Source of the DNA: a virus
Reading direction: 5' to 3' (one strand)
DNA: 64,000 nucleotides
Virus record (IMG/VR): IMGVR_UViG_3300022554_000002
Location: 96,001-160,000 of that record
Position 1 is the stretch's first letter; every line of letters begins with the position of its first letter. This document shows, in pieces, positions 17,092-26,218 of the stretch. Both the position numbers and the translations under genes were made by a program. The notes under the pieces were generated by a model that searched no databases, was not told the origin of the DNA, and saw only the letters and a program-made list of their open reading frames with translations.

Positions 17092-18458
17092 TACTTAATA
17101 CTCAAGAATAATTTCTTCTTAGCCAAACCAAGACGTTGCTTTATTTCAGGAATTTGTAACTTTTGAATAATACCCTGAATAATCTGACGAATTCGTTCTC
17201 GCGTTACATTACGCTCTTTACCAATCTGGTCTAAAGTCATATTATCGTAAAAATATTTCTTAACAATATCTAATTCATCTGGTGCAAGAACAGGTTCAAT
17301 TTGCTTAATTACTGGACCTAACACATTTTCCAAAGGGGAAGATTCACGTGGACCTTCGCCAAACATTGGCTCAGTAACATTCGCAACAGGGTCATTGCTA
17401 CCAGCCACATCGCCAGCAGAACCAGCTTCAGCACCACCGTCATCGTCAGCAAAAGCTGGCCCAACGGTCATATATTGTTTATCTTGACTGCGCTGTTTAT
17501 TTAACATATTTTTAGCCAAACCACCAGCCTGTGAACCAACGAAAGTAGAAATTGTTGCTCTGGAAGGATCAAAGTTATTTAAAAAACTCTTAGTAAGGCC
17601 AGTGAGAACAGCAGGAGCAAAATAATCAATTGGAGATTCATCTTCACGTGTTTTGTAATTTTTAGTATATTTTGCAACCTCACGAACAATTAATGGATAA
17701 TAGTCATCGTAAAGCCAATTCATTACAGGAGCAGAAACTTCCTTCATCTGCTGCTTAATTTCATCCTTCTGTTCATCAGATAGATTGGGATCATTCAATT
17801 TAGCTTTTAATGCTCTCCATGGCTCAAGAACACTTAAAAGTTCATCTGTATGCTGCTGCTTACCTTGTTTCTCGTCTTCCATTTGAGCTTCAATCAACAG
17901 TTTTGATGTCAACACTGGTCTTTCTCCTTCTAACTTTTCTTGTTCTCTCGCAAAAAGCGCACATTGCGCACTAACCAACAAAAATTTACCCACAGTATCA
18001 AAATCAGTATTATTAATAAACAAATGAGTTGCTTCTTCCACCAACCCCTTATTTAACATATGTTCAATAATCTCTTTAGACTTATCCATATTACCAGTAG
18101 TATTAATAAATTGTAACACACCACCGTCAGCAGAAATTCTACCAAAAATTGCTACACGTTGCCACGTAGCAAATTTTGCTAGAATCTCCCTCTCTTTATA
18201 ATCCCAAGCATCGTCACTTTCGTCTTTAAATTTAGCTAATCCTTCCAACTCATTTCGATGGTAAACACTGTTCAGCCATAAATCCATGTGATTAATACAA
18301 GTTGGAAACCCTACCACACCCTCACGAATTCCGTGCCAACTAACCAATTTCTGATTGTCTACACCATCAATATTGTAAACGATATCGTTTGTAACAGGAT
18401 TTTGATAAAATATTACAGTCCCTTCTCCTAACACTTCATTGGCAATAACTTTAAACAC
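17091..18458 (-). CDS. sigma70-family RNA polymerase sigma factor with long N-terminal extension
   Basis: Region 2-like LIVREVAKY...LTGLTKSFLNNFDPSRATISTFV; region 4 HTH MTLDQIGKERNVTRERIRQIIQGIIQKL; about 245 aa of unrelated sequence upstream. Confidence 0.85.
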   Translation of the reverse strand: MFKVIANEVLGEGTVIFYQNPVTNDIVYNIDGVDNQKLVSWHGIREGVVGFPTCINHMDLWLNSVYHRNELEGLAKFKDESDDAWDYKEREILAKFATWQRVAIFGRISADGGVLQFINTTGNMDKSKEIIEHMLNKGLVEEATHLFINNTDFDTVGKFLLVSAQCALFAREQEKLEGERPVLTSKLLIEAQMEDEKQGKQQHTDELLSVLEPWRALKAKLNDPNLSDEQKDEIKQQMKEVSAPVMNWLYDDYYPLIVREVAKYTKNYKTREDESPIDYFAPAVLTGLTKSFLNNFDPSRATISTFVGSQAGGLAKNMLNKQRSQDKQYMTVGPAFADDDGGAEAGSAGDVAGSNDPVANVTEPMFGEGPRESSPLENVLGPVIKQIEPVLAPDELDIVKKYFYDNMTLDQIGKERNVTRERIRQIIQGIIQKLQIPEIKQRLGLAKKKLFLSIK

Positions 18459-19035
18459 GTTTCAAAACCTCTGAAAGTGGTTTTTCTTGTCTAGCCGCTT
18501 CCACACAAAGTTTATGGTATGTAGAAGCTACTACTGTCTTGTCTAATGTCTTAACTCCAAAACTAGACAAGTATTCAGCCAGAGTAGGATTTTCCTTCTC
18601 TAGTTCTTCTAATGTTATTATACAATCAACCTTCTTGGAAATCAAGTTAAATTTTCTATCTTCTTCGTTTTCTTGTGAAGACCCCACTAAGTCATAGGTA
18701 GGTGGCTTATTTATAGGATTAACCGTATTCGTATCTGTAATAACGTTTACCTTGTCAAGAGGCTCATTGAACAAATGCTCTTGCTGGTCTTCATTCCAAA
18801 ACATCTTGAGAATTTCATCATTAGTGTCATCGTGAGACTCACTATTTAACATTTTGTCACTTCTTGGTTCAGAAGAGACAATAGTATCCTCAACAGTATC
18901 TTTAAGAATTTTTGGATCTTTTTCAGTTAGAGAATAGTCTTGTTTAGGTTCTTTGCTATTATAAATCCTGTTAGGGTCTTGACCACTTCGATCTGAAATT
19001 TTTAATAAAACTGCTAATTTCTGCAACCATGACAT
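18451..19035 (-). CDS. hypothetical acidic protein (putative head-internal)
   Basis: 194 aa, SD aaggag; C-terminal motif shared with ORF 8046-10166. Confidence 0.7.
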   Translation of the reverse strand: MSWLQKLAVLLKISDRSGQDPNRIYNSKEPKQDYSLTEKDPKILKDTVEDTIVSSEPRSDKMLNSESHDDTNDEILKMFWNEDQQEHLFNEPLDKVNVITDTNTVNPINKPPTYDLVGSSQENEEDRKFNLISKKVDCIITLEELEKENPTLAEYLSSFGVKTLDKTVVASTYHKLCVEAARQEKPLSEVLKRV

Positions 19036-19057
19036 GAAAAACTCTCCTTGGAATAGA

Positions 19058-19086
19058 AATACAGGGTGCTCTTGACACCCTGTATT
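19058..19086 (-). terminator. intrinsic terminator / stem-loop
   Basis: aatacagggtg-ctcttga-caccctgtatt 11-bp stem followed by a T-rich tract on the minus strand. Confidence 0.7.
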
Positions 19087-19113
19087 AAATTCAACTAATG
19101 CAGTTTATAAGAA

Positions 19114-20205
19114 CTACTTGCAAAGGTCTTTTAAGTCTGCAATAGCCTTTGCAACGTCGTTCTTAGCTTTAGATGCATCTTTCTTCATGGCATCTGAAGC
19201 TAACTGTGCCTTCTCACTTCCATAAGGATTCTTAGCTTCATTGACGTTCAAAGAACGATCAAACCATGTCTTGTTATCGTTCAAATCACGCCCATCACTG
19301 TTTCCCTGATCTTTACTACGATCAAACCATTTATCACCTGACAAATCAGGAGAAGCGGGTGAAGCAGAATTTGCATCTTTACCACGATTGAACCACTCAT
19401 CATTACTCATGGCACAAACCTTCTTAAATGCATCCATCTTATCAAGAGGTACGTCTACCATGTAACAAAGACGGCCAAACCGTTTAGGGTCATTCGTCGC
19501 ATCTACATACTCTTCTGTCACATCAAAACCGGCTTCCCGAAGACGAGCAGCAACCACATGGGAACCTGCTGGTGCATCTACGGCTTCGTAACCATCGACT
19601 TCGGCATTAAAGTATGCAATGGGTTGTTCAACGCTATTCTTCATCTGTTCATTATCTCCTGCTAAGAAATTCTCAACCGCTTTAGCTGAAAGTTTGTATT
19701 CATTATCGTACTTATCATAGAACACTGAACCAAGTTTTAATCGTTCTGAAGACAATGCTGAATCTTCATCATGCTCTACTACAAATTTTGCTGTTTTCCG
19801 TTCATTGGTCCCTGCGACCATGAAATTAACGGCAAAAACCAGCAATGATTTATCAGTAATTGCCTGATCATCGGCAGGAGAATTATGTGCTGCTGTTCGA
19901 TGGAATTCATCAAGAGCAATCGTATATCCACCCTTGCCAATCATCTTATCAAGATTGTCTTTCAGAACTTTGGAGGCTTCTTTAATAACATGATCTTGGT
20001 CAGAATATTCCTCTTTGTGAACTTCACGTTCACCTGTAGGAATGTTCTGATACTGTTCCTGTGAAGCTTTGCGAAGAGAGGTATAATGCTCAGTCTCTTC
20101 TTCTAGCTTCTCTGCATAGCTCTTTTCTGCTGGTGCAGCTTCAGGCTCTTGTCCAGTAATGAGACTAAATGCATCAACACGAGATTTGGAAGTAACCAAA
20201 CGCAT
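19114..20205 (-). CDS. hypothetical protein with triple WF(D/N)R repeat
   Basis: 363 aa; DEWFNRGKD, DKWFDRSKD, KTWFDRSLN. Confidence 0.7.
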   Translation of the reverse strand: MRLVTSKSRVDAFSLITGQEPEAAPAEKSYAEKLEEETEHYTSLRKASQEQYQNIPTGEREVHKEEYSDQDHVIKEASKVLKDNLDKMIGKGGYTIALDEFHRTAAHNSPADDQAITDKSLLVFAVNFMVAGTNERKTAKFVVEHDEDSALSSERLKLGSVFYDKYDNEYKLSAKAVENFLAGDNEQMKNSVEQPIAYFNAEVDGYEAVDAPAGSHVVAARLREAGFDVTEEYVDATNDPKRFGRLCYMVDVPLDKMDAFKKVCAMSNDEWFNRGKDANSASPASPDLSGDKWFDRSKDQGNSDGRDLNDNKTWFDRSLNVNEAKNPYGSEKAQLASDAMKKDASKAKNDVAKAIADLKDLCK

Positions 20206-20209
20206 CTTA

Positions 20210-20533
20210 TTATTCCTCTTGTTTCGCTAGGTATTCATCTACCCAATCTAAATCTTCTGGTTTTCTCATAATAGCACCATCTGCAAAACTCCATACCACC
20301 TTTTTATCAGCTTCTAAATACAAATCTTGACCACATTTTTGCAAATTCATATATTTAGAAGCTAACCGCATGAAAACTTTGCCTTCTTTATACTGACGAT
20401 TAAACTCTGCACGATCTAAAACATCATTTTCAGCATCACGTTTCATAGCAGCAGCATATCGGCCCAAAAGCTTTCCTTCTGGATTCTGCTTGTAACCATC
20501 ACCACAATATGCTCTCATTGAATTGGACTCCAA
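20210..20533 (-). CDS. hypothetical protein
   Basis: 107 aa (TTG start), directly after the GATTATA promoter. Confidence 0.6.
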   Translation of the reverse strand: MESNSMRAYCGDGYKQNPEGKLLGRYAAAMKRDAENDVLDRAEFNRQYKEGKVFMRLASKYMNLQKCGQDLYLEADKKVVWSFADGAIMRKPEDLDWVDEYLAKQEE

Positions 20534-20560
20534 GAGAAATTACAACCATCCTCTAATATC

Positions 20561-20567
20561 TATAATC
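20561..20567 (-). promoter_or_regulatory. GATTATA phage-type promoter (start of head-internal cluster)
   Basis: tGATTATAgatattagagg, intergenic. Confidence 0.6.
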
Positions 20568-20584
20568 ATTAACTCTGAGAGAAA

Positions 20585-21523
20585 TTACAACAAATTTTTA
20601 TAAACTGTAATATGACGGTTAACGAAAGTATCGTAATCCCGTCCCTCATTACAGATATAATCCTTACGAGAAGCAATTTCGTGTAATAAATCTGATTGAT
20701 AATCATTTGATTCTGCAATATCTGTAATAATTTCTTTCATTCGTTCTGTTGTATCAACAGAATACACAGCCGGATAATGGTTTACATGTTTAAACCAATT
20801 GGTAGGAGAACAGAAAAGAACGCGATGACAACCTAATGCAAGATTTGCAGCAGAAGAACTAACAGATGCTCCAACAGGTGGGTAAATCAAACTAACGGAA
20901 AATGCTCTTTGTATTTCCTTCACAAGGTCTTGTTTACTCAGCCATTTGTGGTGACCATACGTGGTATAAAACTCTATTTCTGTGCCAGTTATAGCTTTTC
21001 TAACAAAATCATCATTATTACGTCCTAAGCCAAAGCTAACTATATACTTAGGATTTCCAACAGTAGTATTATCATAAAACTTTATACCCATTGGAATTAC
21101 AGCAGAATTTGAATACCAAGGCATAGGCTCATGAGTTATATATCGTGAAACAAATCCCTGATCAAAATTAGGCCAGATTCCAGATGAATGCATTGTGAAT
21201 ACAATTGGAACTTTGCCAAAAAGTTCCTTCACCAAATTTGGAAACCAAGCTGGATGATATAAACTGGTTTCAAACTGGAAATGTACAATATCATATTGTA
21301 ATAACTGTTCAACAAATGAAATATCTGTTTCATGTATATTATCTAAATAAGGTACATGAAAGCACCTTGTTACAAATTCTTCATCTGGTTCAGCTTTTAA
21401 TTTTGGAAAATTAGCAAATACATGAACACTGTGGCCTTTCTCTCGCAGACCATACACTAAATCCTTAGTGTATTCTGCAATGCCACAACACTCATTCCAT
21501 GTGCTAACAATTGCTATTTTCAT
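20585..21523 (-). CDS. glycosyltransferase, GT-B/GT4-like
   Basis: MKIAIVSTWNECCGIAEYTKDLVYGLREKGHSVHVFA...DIVHFQF is a typical GT4 N-terminal domain. Confidence 0.7.
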   Translation of the reverse strand: MKIAIVSTWNECCGIAEYTKDLVYGLREKGHSVHVFANFPKLKAEPDEEFVTRCFHVPYLDNIHETDISFVEQLLQYDIVHFQFETSLYHPAWFPNLVKELFGKVPIVFTMHSSGIWPNFDQGFVSRYITHEPMPWYSNSAVIPMGIKFYDNTTVGNPKYIVSFGLGRNNDDFVRKAITGTEIEFYTTYGHHKWLSKQDLVKEIQRAFSVSLIYPPVGASVSSSAANLALGCHRVLFCSPTNWFKHVNHYPAVYSVDTTERMKEIITDIAESNDYQSDLLHEIASRKDYICNEGRDYDTFVNRHITVYKNLL

Positions 21524-22029
21524 TACTGTTTTAAACTTAGTATAATTCTCTTGTTTGCATTTTGATCCGAATTTTTATTTGAAACAATTAAAGTACCTGT
21601 AGTACCAACTGACTGAACTACTGGCTGTTCATCTTTTTTCTCTTCAAGCTGAGAAGTACGCTTCTCAGGTTCTAATGCATGGTCAGCAGTAATTTCCTGC
21701 TTGGTTTTTGCATCTTCTGCTTCTTTCTGCTTGGCAATTTCATCCAACTTAGCCTGAGTCTCAGGAGACACAATGGGTTCAACCTTGGCAGGATTCTTGC
21801 CACCACGGAATTCAGAAGCCTTGTAATCCAGCTTTCGCATACGAGCATAAATGCGAATACGCTTGTTATTCAACTCTTTACGCTTTGCTTCATTTTCCTC
21901 TGTCTTATTTGTCTTCTGTTCTTTCTTAATAGCAGACAACTCCTTGGAAACAACAGCCAACTCTTCTTTCAGTTGATCTATTGACAAATCAAAAAACTCA
22001 CCATTACGTGTTTGGTAAACTCTAGCCAT
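21523..22029 (-). CDS. hypothetical coiled-coil protein
   Basis: Start MARVYQ with SD aggagag; K/E-rich. Confidence 0.65.
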   Translation of the reverse strand: MARVYQTRNGEFFDLSIDQLKEELAVVSKELSAIKKEQKTNKTEENEAKRKELNNKRIRIYARMRKLDYKASEFRGGKNPAKVEPIVSPETQAKLDEIAKQKEAEDAKTKQEITADHALEPEKRTSQLEEKKDEQPVVQSVGTTGTLIVSNKNSDQNANKRIILSLKQ

Positions 22030-22031
22030 TT

Positions 22032-22271
22032 TTACTCTCCTTCTGACTTGCATTTACAAGTAGTAACCACAAATAAAGAGGCATTCCAAATTGCATCAAA
22101 AAATTCATCTAATTCTTTTTCATCTTTTGCATAAATATCAACCACATCCTGATTAGTTAAATAAACACGTAAAAAAATACTACTATCATTTTCTACAACT
22201 TTTCTTACAAAAATAACTTTCTGTGGATCAATTAAATATTTTCCTAATTTTAATAACATATTAACCTCCAA
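22032..22271 (-). CDS. hypothetical protein
   Basis: 79-aa ORF in frame-tiled operon. Confidence 0.55.
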   Translation of the reverse strand: MEVNMLLKLGKYLIDPQKVIFVRKVVENDSSIFLRVYLTNQDVVDIYAKDEKELDEFFDAIWNASLFVVTTCKCKSEGE

Positions 22272-22692
22272 CTAAGAATCTACGAATCTCAGCAGCACGT
22301 TCATCTGTTGATGATTGATCCCAAGGCTTCAATGACAATACTGTTTGATTGTCAGGACCATAAATCCTTACCTGACGCAACAATGCTGAATTATACAGTG
22401 ATGGAACAGGGTAATTAAACAACCACGTCTCATTTGGTGTATGACCCTGCTCAGTAGAAAGAATTGGTTCAGGTGTAACTTCTGTTACTAGATCATATTT
22501 AAATCGTTCTTCCTTACCATCAGGAAAACAATGTGCAGTTAAAATAAGATTACCATTCTTTGCAGCTTTTAATGAATATGGATAAACATATCGTCTACCC
22601 AACGTTCCACCAGAATAATCCAACGAACAAACCAAACCATTAGTGCAACAGAAACTCAAAACTGTTAATGCGTCCATTATTTTTGACTCCAA
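22261..22692 (-). CDS. WYL-domain-like protein
   Basis: LDYSGGTLGRRYVYPYSL...LILTAHC...ERFKYDLVTEV matches the WYL pattern Y...RxVxPYxL...YLxAxC...RxFrxDrI. Confidence 0.6.
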   Translation of the reverse strand: MESKIMDALTVLSFCCTNGLVCSLDYSGGTLGRRYVYPYSLKAAKNGNLILTAHCFPDGKEERFKYDLVTEVTPEPILSTEQGHTPNETWLFNYPVPSLYNSALLRQVRIYGPDNQTVLSLKPWDQSSTDERAAEIRRFLVGG

Positions 22693-22838
22693 CGTTCTAA
22701 TGTGTCTATGACAGTAAGTTTTGGTACTTCAGTATTTCCCCACTTACCTTGAGTAGCATAAGCACCAGCACGAGCAACGCACCAATATACTAAAGGTTTT
22801 GGTAATTTCCATGCTAACCACATCCAAAATTTTTCCAT
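22677..22838 (-). CDS. small hypothetical protein
   Basis: MEKFWMWLAWKLPKPLVYWCV..., SD aggag. Confidence 0.55.
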   Translation of the reverse strand: MEKFWMWLAWKLPKPLVYWCVARAGAYATQGKWGNTEVPKLTVIDTLERWSQK

Positions 22839-22839
22839 G

Positions 22840-23235
22840 TTAAACTCCTTGTGCAAACCAAGCATTGATTTTCAGTGCTTTGCCACTTTCAACCCCATCA
22901 TACGGAATAACTGGAAATGATACCTTTTTCAAAAGAATAGGTTTTTTAGGATCAAACCCCGTTTGACCAGTAACATCAATATCCTGTGGTGCCATTGAAA
23001 AGATCATTTCTGATAGGAACTGGACGATAATCTGCATTAACTGATCATATTTGGTCACTTGTAAAGTCTTCTGTAACTGCTCTTGACTTGGAAAATCAAC
23101 AGCAATAGAAATAAAACCCTTCTTAAAATCAGTAGAAATACCATCAGGTAGAACGGACTTTTTAAGCCGGTCTACCTGATTATTGATATTATTACCTTTT
23201 TCACTAGGTGCCTGTGGAACTGGCATTTTCTTCAA
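22840..23235 (-). CDS. hypothetical protein
   Basis: 131-aa ORF, operon-tiled. Confidence 0.6.
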   Translation of the reverse strand: MKKMPVPQAPSEKGNNINNQVDRLKKSVLPDGISTDFKKGFISIAVDFPSQEQLQKTLQVTKYDQLMQIIVQFLSEMIFSMAPQDIDVTGQTGFDPKKPILLKKVSFPVIPYDGVESGKALKINAWFAQGV

Positions 23236-23755
23236 CCTTTTCTGCTTCTTGTGCAGACATTAAACATTCAGCAGGAATTTCATGGAACGTACTTCGTTCT
23301 TTCAGACTTTCTGCTGTTGCTTTATCAAAACACCAAACCTCTACGTTAACTCCTAACTCCTTAAGACGTTCAAGGAGATAAGAGTAAGAACCGTTACCCG
23401 TACAAAGAACAACAGTCTTTACATTTTCATCACTAATAGCAGCATCCATAACATCAGTAGCAAGTTCAACTTCAAAATAGCGTGGCACGAGTCGTTTTCG
23501 TCCATTCTCTACCTTTGTAATAATCCGCTTACTAACGACTTCAAAGCCTGCTGCACGTAAAGAATTATAAAAACGTTTGGAATCTTTATAATCCTTGTGT
23601 GCTGCATACGCCTTACAAATACCACCTTTACGACCATTCAAAATCTTTTGCATCAACAGCTTATAATTTACTTTTTTCCCTCCCCCGAATGTCTTTGCTG
23701 CATGATAAAGATTCTGAACATCTGCCACAACCACAACCAACTCATTCTCTGCCAT
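23204..23755 (-). CDS. NYN/LabA-DUF88 (PIN-fold) protein with degenerate active site
   Basis: DVQNLYH, VELATDV, VVLCTGNGSY, LKELGVNVEVW follow the NYN layout, but the canonical SGDxDF motif is TGNGSY. Confidence 0.75.
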   Translation of the reverse strand: MAENELVVVVADVQNLYHAAKTFGGGKKVNYKLLMQKILNGRKGGICKAYAAHKDYKDSKRFYNSLRAAGFEVVSKRIITKVENGRKRLVPRYFEVELATDVMDAAISDENVKTVVLCTGNGSYSYLLERLKELGVNVEVWCFDKATAESLKERSTFHEIPAECLMSAQEAEKVEENASSTGT

Positions 23756-23779
23756 AACCTGATTCCTCTTTCTATTAAA

Positions 23780-24907
23780 TTACTTCGATGCCAACTCTAA
23801 CGTCTTCATTCGCTTAAATTCTGAATAGCCTTTAAATAACTCACTGGAACTATGGTCAAAATAATCAAACATACGTCCTGCCAACATTTGAATTTCACGA
23901 CGAGTACGAATGTCTAACTGGTTTGCATAACTGGTAATAACATTCAATAAATCATAATAATTAGCACTCTCCTTATTTGTAATTGCCTCATCAAATTGAG
24001 TTGAACCATCAATACTATCGGACCATGAAAATTCATCTTCAAGGAACGATCGAATAAACTGCTTTTCTTCAGGAGAAATAACAGTTGTATTCATCGTTTG
24101 GAGAACATCATGGTATTTGGTTGAAAGTTGATTTGGTAATTCCACGAATCGTTGCTGCATAACCTCAAAAACCTTATCAGCACTCATTCGTGCACCAAAT
24201 CGAATACTGCCCAATGTCTTCATGTGGACAGCACCATTGGCACAAACAAGACGATAGGAATAAGGTGAAAGAGTTGGGAAATTACCAGAGGAATCATCAT
24301 GGATGCATGAAACACCAAATCCAAACACGTCATTCGGAAGTGGTGAATGTTCATCATTTGTAGTAAAGTCAACTACAAGACGTTCATTAGCTACACCGAT
24401 GCCTCTGAAAATCTTGTGGTTGGTCTGAAATGCATGATTTAAAAACTCTTGAGAACTTAAAGTATTCTCTTTTGTAGCAACACCTGTAACCTGTCCATTC
24501 TTGATAATAAAGTTCAACTGTTTAACTTTAGAGTCATTCAGCAATCGTGCCACAACATCCTTACGAATGTTTTCAAGTGGTAACGATGCTAAGTAATTTT
24601 CAGGACTCTTAGTAATTTTACAAATACGGCTGAACCCTGTACGATTCAAAGGAATTTCACCTTGACCAAAATCAATAGTTACTTTATTTTCCTTTGACTT
24701 ACCTAACTTAATGTCTGTAAACTGTGACCTATCAACAAGATGCGTCTGACGTTGCTGTGAAGCTAAGAATTCGGAACACTCTTCCAAAGTCTTAAACGTT
24801 GTATCTGCTTCATTAGTAATGAAGTCAACAGTATTTACAACAGCCTCTTCCTTCTTTTCTTCTACCTGATCTGACATTTGACTCTCCTTTGGTCTATACT
24901 TACCCAT
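23780..24907 (-). CDS. DUF932-like protein
   Basis: YSYRLVCANG motif preceded by beta-strands (FGFGVSCIH); likely start MSDQ with SD aaggag. Confidence 0.65.
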   Translation of the reverse strand: MGKYRPKESQMSDQVEEKKEEAVVNTVDFITNEADTTFKTLEECSEFLASQQRQTHLVDRSQFTDIKLGKSKENKVTIDFGQGEIPLNRTGFSRICKITKSPENYLASLPLENIRKDVVARLLNDSKVKQLNFIIKNGQVTGVATKENTLSSQEFLNHAFQTNHKIFRGIGVANERLVVDFTTNDEHSPLPNDVFGFGVSCIHDDSSGNFPTLSPYSYRLVCANGAVHMKTLGSIRFGARMSADKVFEVMQQRFVELPNQLSTKYHDVLQTMNTTVISPEEKQFIRSFLEDEFSWSDSIDGSTQFDEAITNKESANYYDLLNVITSYANQLDIRTRREIQMLAGRMFDYFDHSSSELFKGYSEFKRMKTLELASK

Positions 24908-24912
24908 AGTAT

Positions 24913-24940
24913 ATTGTAATGATTCAACTCAGTTTGTCAA
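24913..24940 (-). promoter_or_regulatory. sigma70-type promoter TTGACA-N16-TACAAT
   Basis: TTGACAaactgagttgaatcatTACAAT. Confidence 0.7.
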
Positions 24941-24949
24941 GTGAAAAAA

Positions 24950-26218
24950 TCAAAAAACATTATATCTCGTTGATCTAAAACGATTTCCACGTTTTGCCAC
25001 AAGTGGTTCAAAACTTAAAGTAATGTTAGATACAGCAGTTGGCAATGAAGCGGTAATAGTAGCAGAAGTACAAGGCAAAGAACCTAATTGTGTCCAATTA
25101 GTATTATATGTTTCTAATGCCTTTAATCGCTTCCAAGCAGTTCTAACTGAAACTCCTTGATATTTAGCCACAACACGAGCAGACAAAGGAAAATCTGTCA
25201 GGTTGTGTTGCTTTGCATACTTTCTCATGTCATTTAACAATTCTACAACAGTCTTGCCTTTGGGATATACTTTCCAAAACGTGTCCCAAAAACCAAATCG
25301 ACTATGATAATAATTATACATTGCTTCAAAACTTAACAGATGCTTGTCCAAAGAATCTTTCACCACACCACGTGCATAAATCTCTTTGGCATGATCCAAA
25401 ATTCGTTCTTTGGAATAACCAAACCGAACACAATCTTCTACAAGGTGCATTAATGCACAATTGCGTTTCAAATATAAACCATCGGGTATGTACTTGTCAA
25501 TCTTAAAATCACTCTCATTTTCACAAAAATGTTCATTTTTAATTTCATCACCAACTTTAAATAAATGAGACAGACACTTAATATTCTTACAAAGTTCACC
25601 TTTATGCAAAATTCTACCTGCTGGCTTAAAATGATTGCCCACAAACCAAGGTCGTATCTGCCTACGATTCTTAGGACCAAACTCAATGCTTCGTGGTAAT
25701 TCCAATACTCTCAAAATACCTTTCTGAATGACTGTTAGAAAATCATTACTCTGTGCTTCTGCAAAACGAATTCTCAAATGATAATTGCCAACAGTTGAAG
25801 ACTGGACAAATTCTGGGTAAACGTTATTAAGAGTAAGGTACTGATAAATCATCTTTGTAATATGCAGTGCTTCTTTTTGTTTATCAACATCATCACAATG
25901 TGAATCAAGATCGAACCACGCCATGTGCGTAGTTCCACAACTAGCGGGAGAAGCGGCAAAAACTTCACACCGACTCATGTAATTACTAAGTGCAGACTGA
26001 ATACTATACTTAAACTTCTTAAAAGTATACCAATTACCTTCTCTGCTCAAAATAGATAGATTGCTCCAAGAAGAGTATTCATCCTTGAAAACATTTAAAC
26101 AATAATCTTGATAATCCAAATCAGTAAAGAATGGATTCTTACTTTGCTCTTCAAGCATAATAAATTTAAATATCCTCTCCCATACTCTCTTCCCAATAAT
26201 AATCACGAGACTCTTCAA
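24950..26218 (-). CDS. archaeo-eukaryotic primase (AEP)-like replication protein with C-terminal HTH
   Basis: WFDLDSH (DxD), QSSTVGNYHLRIRF (His motif), helical PriCT-like region, LSARVVAKYQGVSVRTAWKRLKAL HTH. Confidence 0.65.
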   Translation of the reverse strand: MKSLVIIIGKRVWERIFKFIMLEEQSKNPFFTDLDYQDYCLNVFKDEYSSWSNLSILSREGNWYTFKKFKYSIQSALSNYMSRCEVFAASPASCGTTHMAWFDLDSHCDDVDKQKEALHITKMIYQYLTLNNVYPEFVQSSTVGNYHLRIRFAEAQSNDFLTVIQKGILRVLELPRSIEFGPKNRRQIRPWFVGNHFKPAGRILHKGELCKNIKCLSHLFKVGDEIKNEHFCENESDFKIDKYIPDGLYLKRNCALMHLVEDCVRFGYSKERILDHAKEIYARGVVKDSLDKHLLSFEAMYNYYHSRFGFWDTFWKVYPKGKTVVELLNDMRKYAKQHNLTDFPLSARVVAKYQGVSVRTAWKRLKALETYNTNWTQLGSLPCTSATITASLPTAVSNITLSFEPLVAKRGNRFRSTRYNVF

